Assembly (NCBI GenBank): GCA_013152035.1
Contig: JAADHB010000013.1
Location: 1-42,362, forward strand
Source of the DNA: a bacterium
GTDB taxonomy: Bacteria > Patescibacteriota > Minisyncoccia > UBA9983
Direction of reading: 5' to 3'
DNA: 42,362 nucleotides
Each line of letters begins with the position of its first letter. Position 1 is the stretch's first letter. The notes under the pieces are model-generated. The model had not been told where the DNA came from. It saw only the letters and a program-made list of their open reading frames with translations, and searched no databases. A program made the position numbers and the translations under genes. This document shows positions 40,142 through 42,362 of the stretch, one piece after another.

Positions 40142-41332
40142 TTATTCCGCCTCCAGGTTCTTGATTGCTTCCGCGACAAGGTTTTCAATATCCAATTCTT
40201 CCTCCGCCTTTTCCACTTCTTTGATTTTCGCTTTCGTTTCCGGCCGTTTGGGGACGAAAAGGGAGCAGCAGTCCTCATGCGGCAGGACCGAAACATCGTA
40301 GGTGCCGATTTCTTCCGCCTTGGCGATGATTTCCTTTTTGTCAAAGCCGATGACCGGTCTCAGGATTGGAAGCTCCGAACATTTTTCAATGGCGCTGATG
40401 TTTTCCAGCGTTTGCGAGGCGACTTGCCCCAATGATTCGCCGGTGACAATCGCCAGGGCCTTTTCCCGCTCGGCGACCCTCTCGGCGATTCTCATCATAA
40501 ATCTGCGGTAAAGGATAACCCTCAGTTTCGGGGGAGACTTTTTCATTATTTCTTTTTGGATTTCCGAAAAGGGCGCGAGAAAGAGTTTTGTTTCGGGCTG
40601 GAATTTGCTCAGAATGCCGGCGAGCTCTTTTGTTTTTTCCAGCGACGCCCGCGAAGTGAAGGGAATGGAATGAAAGTGTAGAAAAACGGCGGACGCGCCC
40701 CGCTTGAGAATGTAGTAGGCGGCAACCGGCGAATCAATCCCTCCGGAAAGAAGAACGACGACCTTCCCGCTTATGCCGACGGGGAGCCCGCCGGCGCCCC
40801 TGGTTTTTTCAAGATACAAAAAAGCGAAACTGTCCACGATTTCAATGAAGCAATTCGCGTCGGGATTTTTCAAGTTCACCCGAACGCCGCCCTCCGCCTT
40901 TTCGCCAAAATTCTCCAAAACATATTCTCCGACTTCCGCGTTTATTTCCTGCGATGTCAGCGGGAATTCTTTTTTTGATCTTTGCGCGGAAATTCTGAAA
41001 GTTCCAAATTCTTTTTCGGATAAAATTTCCAGCGCCGTCTTTTTGATGGCGCCCATTTCCTGTTCGCAGCCGACGGCGAAAGCGAAGTAGGCGATTCCGA
41101 AGATATTTTTCAGAACTTCTTTTATTTCGTTTTCGTCCGCGGGTTTCGCGAGATTAACGATTATCCTGCCGGAAATTCTTTTAACGCGCGCGGCGCTGTC
41201 CGGAAAGTTTTCATCCAGTTTTTGCTTGATGTTGTCCCGCAACTTGTCCTCAAAAAATTTCCGGTTTTTTCCTTTCAGCCCTATCTCGTCATAATGGCAG
41301 ATTATGGTTTTCGCAAGAAGTTTTTGTTTCAT
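40142..41332 (-). CDS. thiI: tRNA 4-thiouridine synthase ThiI (no rhodanese domain)
   Basis: A THUMP-type N-terminus and PP-loop ..VVLLSGGIDSPVAAY.. Confidence 0.9.
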   Translation of the reverse strand: MKQKLLAKTIICHYDEIGLKGKNRKFFEDKLRDNIKQKLDENFPDSAARVKRISGRIIVNLAKPADENEIKEVLKNIFGIAYFAFAVGCEQEMGAIKKTALEILSEKEFGTFRISAQRSKKEFPLTSQEINAEVGEYVLENFGEKAEGGVRVNLKNPDANCFIEIVDSFAFLYLEKTRGAGGLPVGISGKVVVLLSGGIDSPVAAYYILKRGASAVFLHFHSIPFTSRASLEKTKELAGILSKFQPETKLFLAPFSEIQKEIMKKSPPKLRVILYRRFMMRIAERVAEREKALAIVTGESLGQVASQTLENISAIEKCSELPILRPVIGFDKKEIIAKAEEIGTYDVSVLPHEDCCSLFVPKRPETKAKIKEVEKAEEELDIENLVAEAIKNLEAE

Positions 41333-42362
41333 AGAACCTTTTCTCTTTTTTTGAAAAAAATTTCGGCCTGTTTTTCTATCGCGCGATTTGTTTCTTCGGT
41401 GTTCATTCTTTTTGTCCTTTTTATGAAACTCGCGGCGCGGTCAAGGTAGAGCGGCTCAATCTCGGAGATTATTTTCTTCCGTGATTTTCCGGCGCCGTAT
41501 TCGGACAGCGCTCCGTAAAGGATGTCCGCCCACTGCTCGGCGTTGATGAGATTTTCCCTGTTCATTATTCTTTCAAGCCCGGAGGGAGGAGGGATTCTTT
41601 TGTTTTGCTTTTTTATCCGATACGCCACCGGAATTTTTTTAGTTTCGGTTATTTTCTTTCTCCACCGCTTCTCGTTTTCCCAAATTATTTTAAACATCGT
41701 CAAGACAACCTGGTCAAACATGCTGTCCAGTTTGGGTCCGCTTGAGCGGTGGATTTTTTGCCCCAAAAACGCCTGACCCGTTTTGAAATCCCCGAACAAA
41801 GCGTTCAGTGTCATAAAAATATCCACTCCGAAGTTTTTAACATTGTTGTCCCAGTTTTTGCTCAGCCACAGCTTTATGATTTTTTGATTGAACGCGAAGT
41901 CGCCCCCGATTGGCTGGCGCGCGTCAGTTTTCAGCAGTCCGTAAACCAGCGGGTAGCAAATATGGTTCGTGATGGTGGCGTCGTAGGGATGGCGTTCGTA
42001 AAGGGGGAGGATGAAGTCAAATTTTTTATCCAGAACGGGGCCGGCGAGCGCCTTCACCCACTCCGGAGTGATGCTCTTCAGGTCGGCGTCGGCTATCATC
42101 GCCGCCTTGGCGTCAAGCTTGAGAATCAGCTTGAAAAGATTTCGCAGGTTGTTTCCTTTTCCTTTTATTCCTTTTGGGGTGGTCAGATAAAGTTTTGGAG
42201 TTTTTGTTTTTGTCGTTAAAAAATTATTTTTGGTGTTGTCGGATGAAAAATTGTCAGCGTTCACGATAACACATTTTTTATTCGGAAAATATTTAACAAG
42301 CCCTTTGTCAATTTGGCTCGCCACAAAAGAAATATTTTTCTCCTCGTTGTACGAAGGAATCC
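41329..42362 (-). CDS. family 2 glycosyltransferase (5' end beyond the window)
   Basis: The frame stays open to the window edge, reading ..IPSYNEEKNISFVASQ.. (GT2 N-terminal motif). ..MIADADL.. is DxD-like. It overlaps the thiI start by 4 nt. Confidence 0.75.
   Translation of the reverse strand, partial: IPSYNEEKNISFVASQIDKGLVKYFPNKKCVIVNADNFSSDNTKNNFLTTKTKTPKLYLTTPKGIKGKGNNLRNLFKLILKLDAKAAMIADADLKSITPEWVKALAGPVLDKKFDFILPLYERHPYDATITNHICYPLVYGLLKTDARQPIGGDFAFNQKIIKLWLSKNWDNNVKNFGVDIFMTLNALFGDFKTGQAFLGQKIHRSSGPKLDSMFDQVVLTMFKIIWENEKRWRKKITETKKIPVAYRIKKQNKRIPPPSGLERIMNRENLINAEQWADILYGALSEYGAGKSRKKIISEIEPLYLDRAASFIKRTKRMNTEETNRAIEKQAEIFFKKREKVL

Noticed and set aside
1-42362. CRISPR arrays, rRNA genes, integrases/transposases, reverse transcriptases
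   Set aside because: I saw no regularly spaced repeats and no rRNA-like conserved stretches. No ORF carries tyrosine or serine recombinase, DDE or RT motifs. The cassette-like insertions therefore lack an obvious mobilising enzyme within this window.

Overview
A 42.4-kb stretch of a compact, gene-dense bacterial chromosome. Short proteins, a PilB-type ATPase, FemAB-type transferases, a trigger factor lacking its PPIase domain and many tiny TA modules suggest a Patescibacteria/CPR-like organism (inference only). The window spans the replication origin. rnpA-yidC-jag-tig-clpP run leftward on the minus strand and dnaA-dnaN-comM-tsaE-polA-holA run rightward on the plus strand, with DnaA boxes in both dnaA-flanking spacers. 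Other core genes are gpmI, tRNA-Lys(UUU), fpg, rpsO, pnp, tyrS, ruvC, yebC, ruvB, pilB/gspE, thiI, a GT2 gene, and a peptidoglycan block (class A PBP, two FemAB-family genes, two M23 peptidases). Accessory content comprises two paralogous RelE/YafQ-like TA pairs, a VapBC pair, an HTH-Fic gene with a degenerate active site, and a 2.6-kb five-gene cassette. The cassette carries a T5orf172/GIY-YIG-like gene, an HNH gene, a tail-anchored TM protein, an XRE-HTH + Panacea/DUF4065 antitoxin and a RelE/ParE-like toxin. The most interesting pattern is that accessory modules sit exactly at host gene ends and are bracketed by direct duplications of that end, with no integrase or transposase in the window. 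The duplications are 43 bp perfect (about 68 bp imperfect) of the tyrS promoter and start, 36 bp of the fpg 3' end, and 11 bp containing the jag stop codon. Also noted are a ~180-nt structured RNA candidate behind tRNA-Lys, a small three-way-junction element, and a recurring extended -10 / 7 nt / ATG (leaderless-type) architecture. At least seven reading-frame breaks occur (gpmI, dnaN, holA, pnp x2, HNH, toxin). These most likely reflect consensus errors, but the dnaN and holA breaks share the same AAAAGGCC...TTTTGA context. No CRISPR array, rRNA, integrase or transposase was seen.
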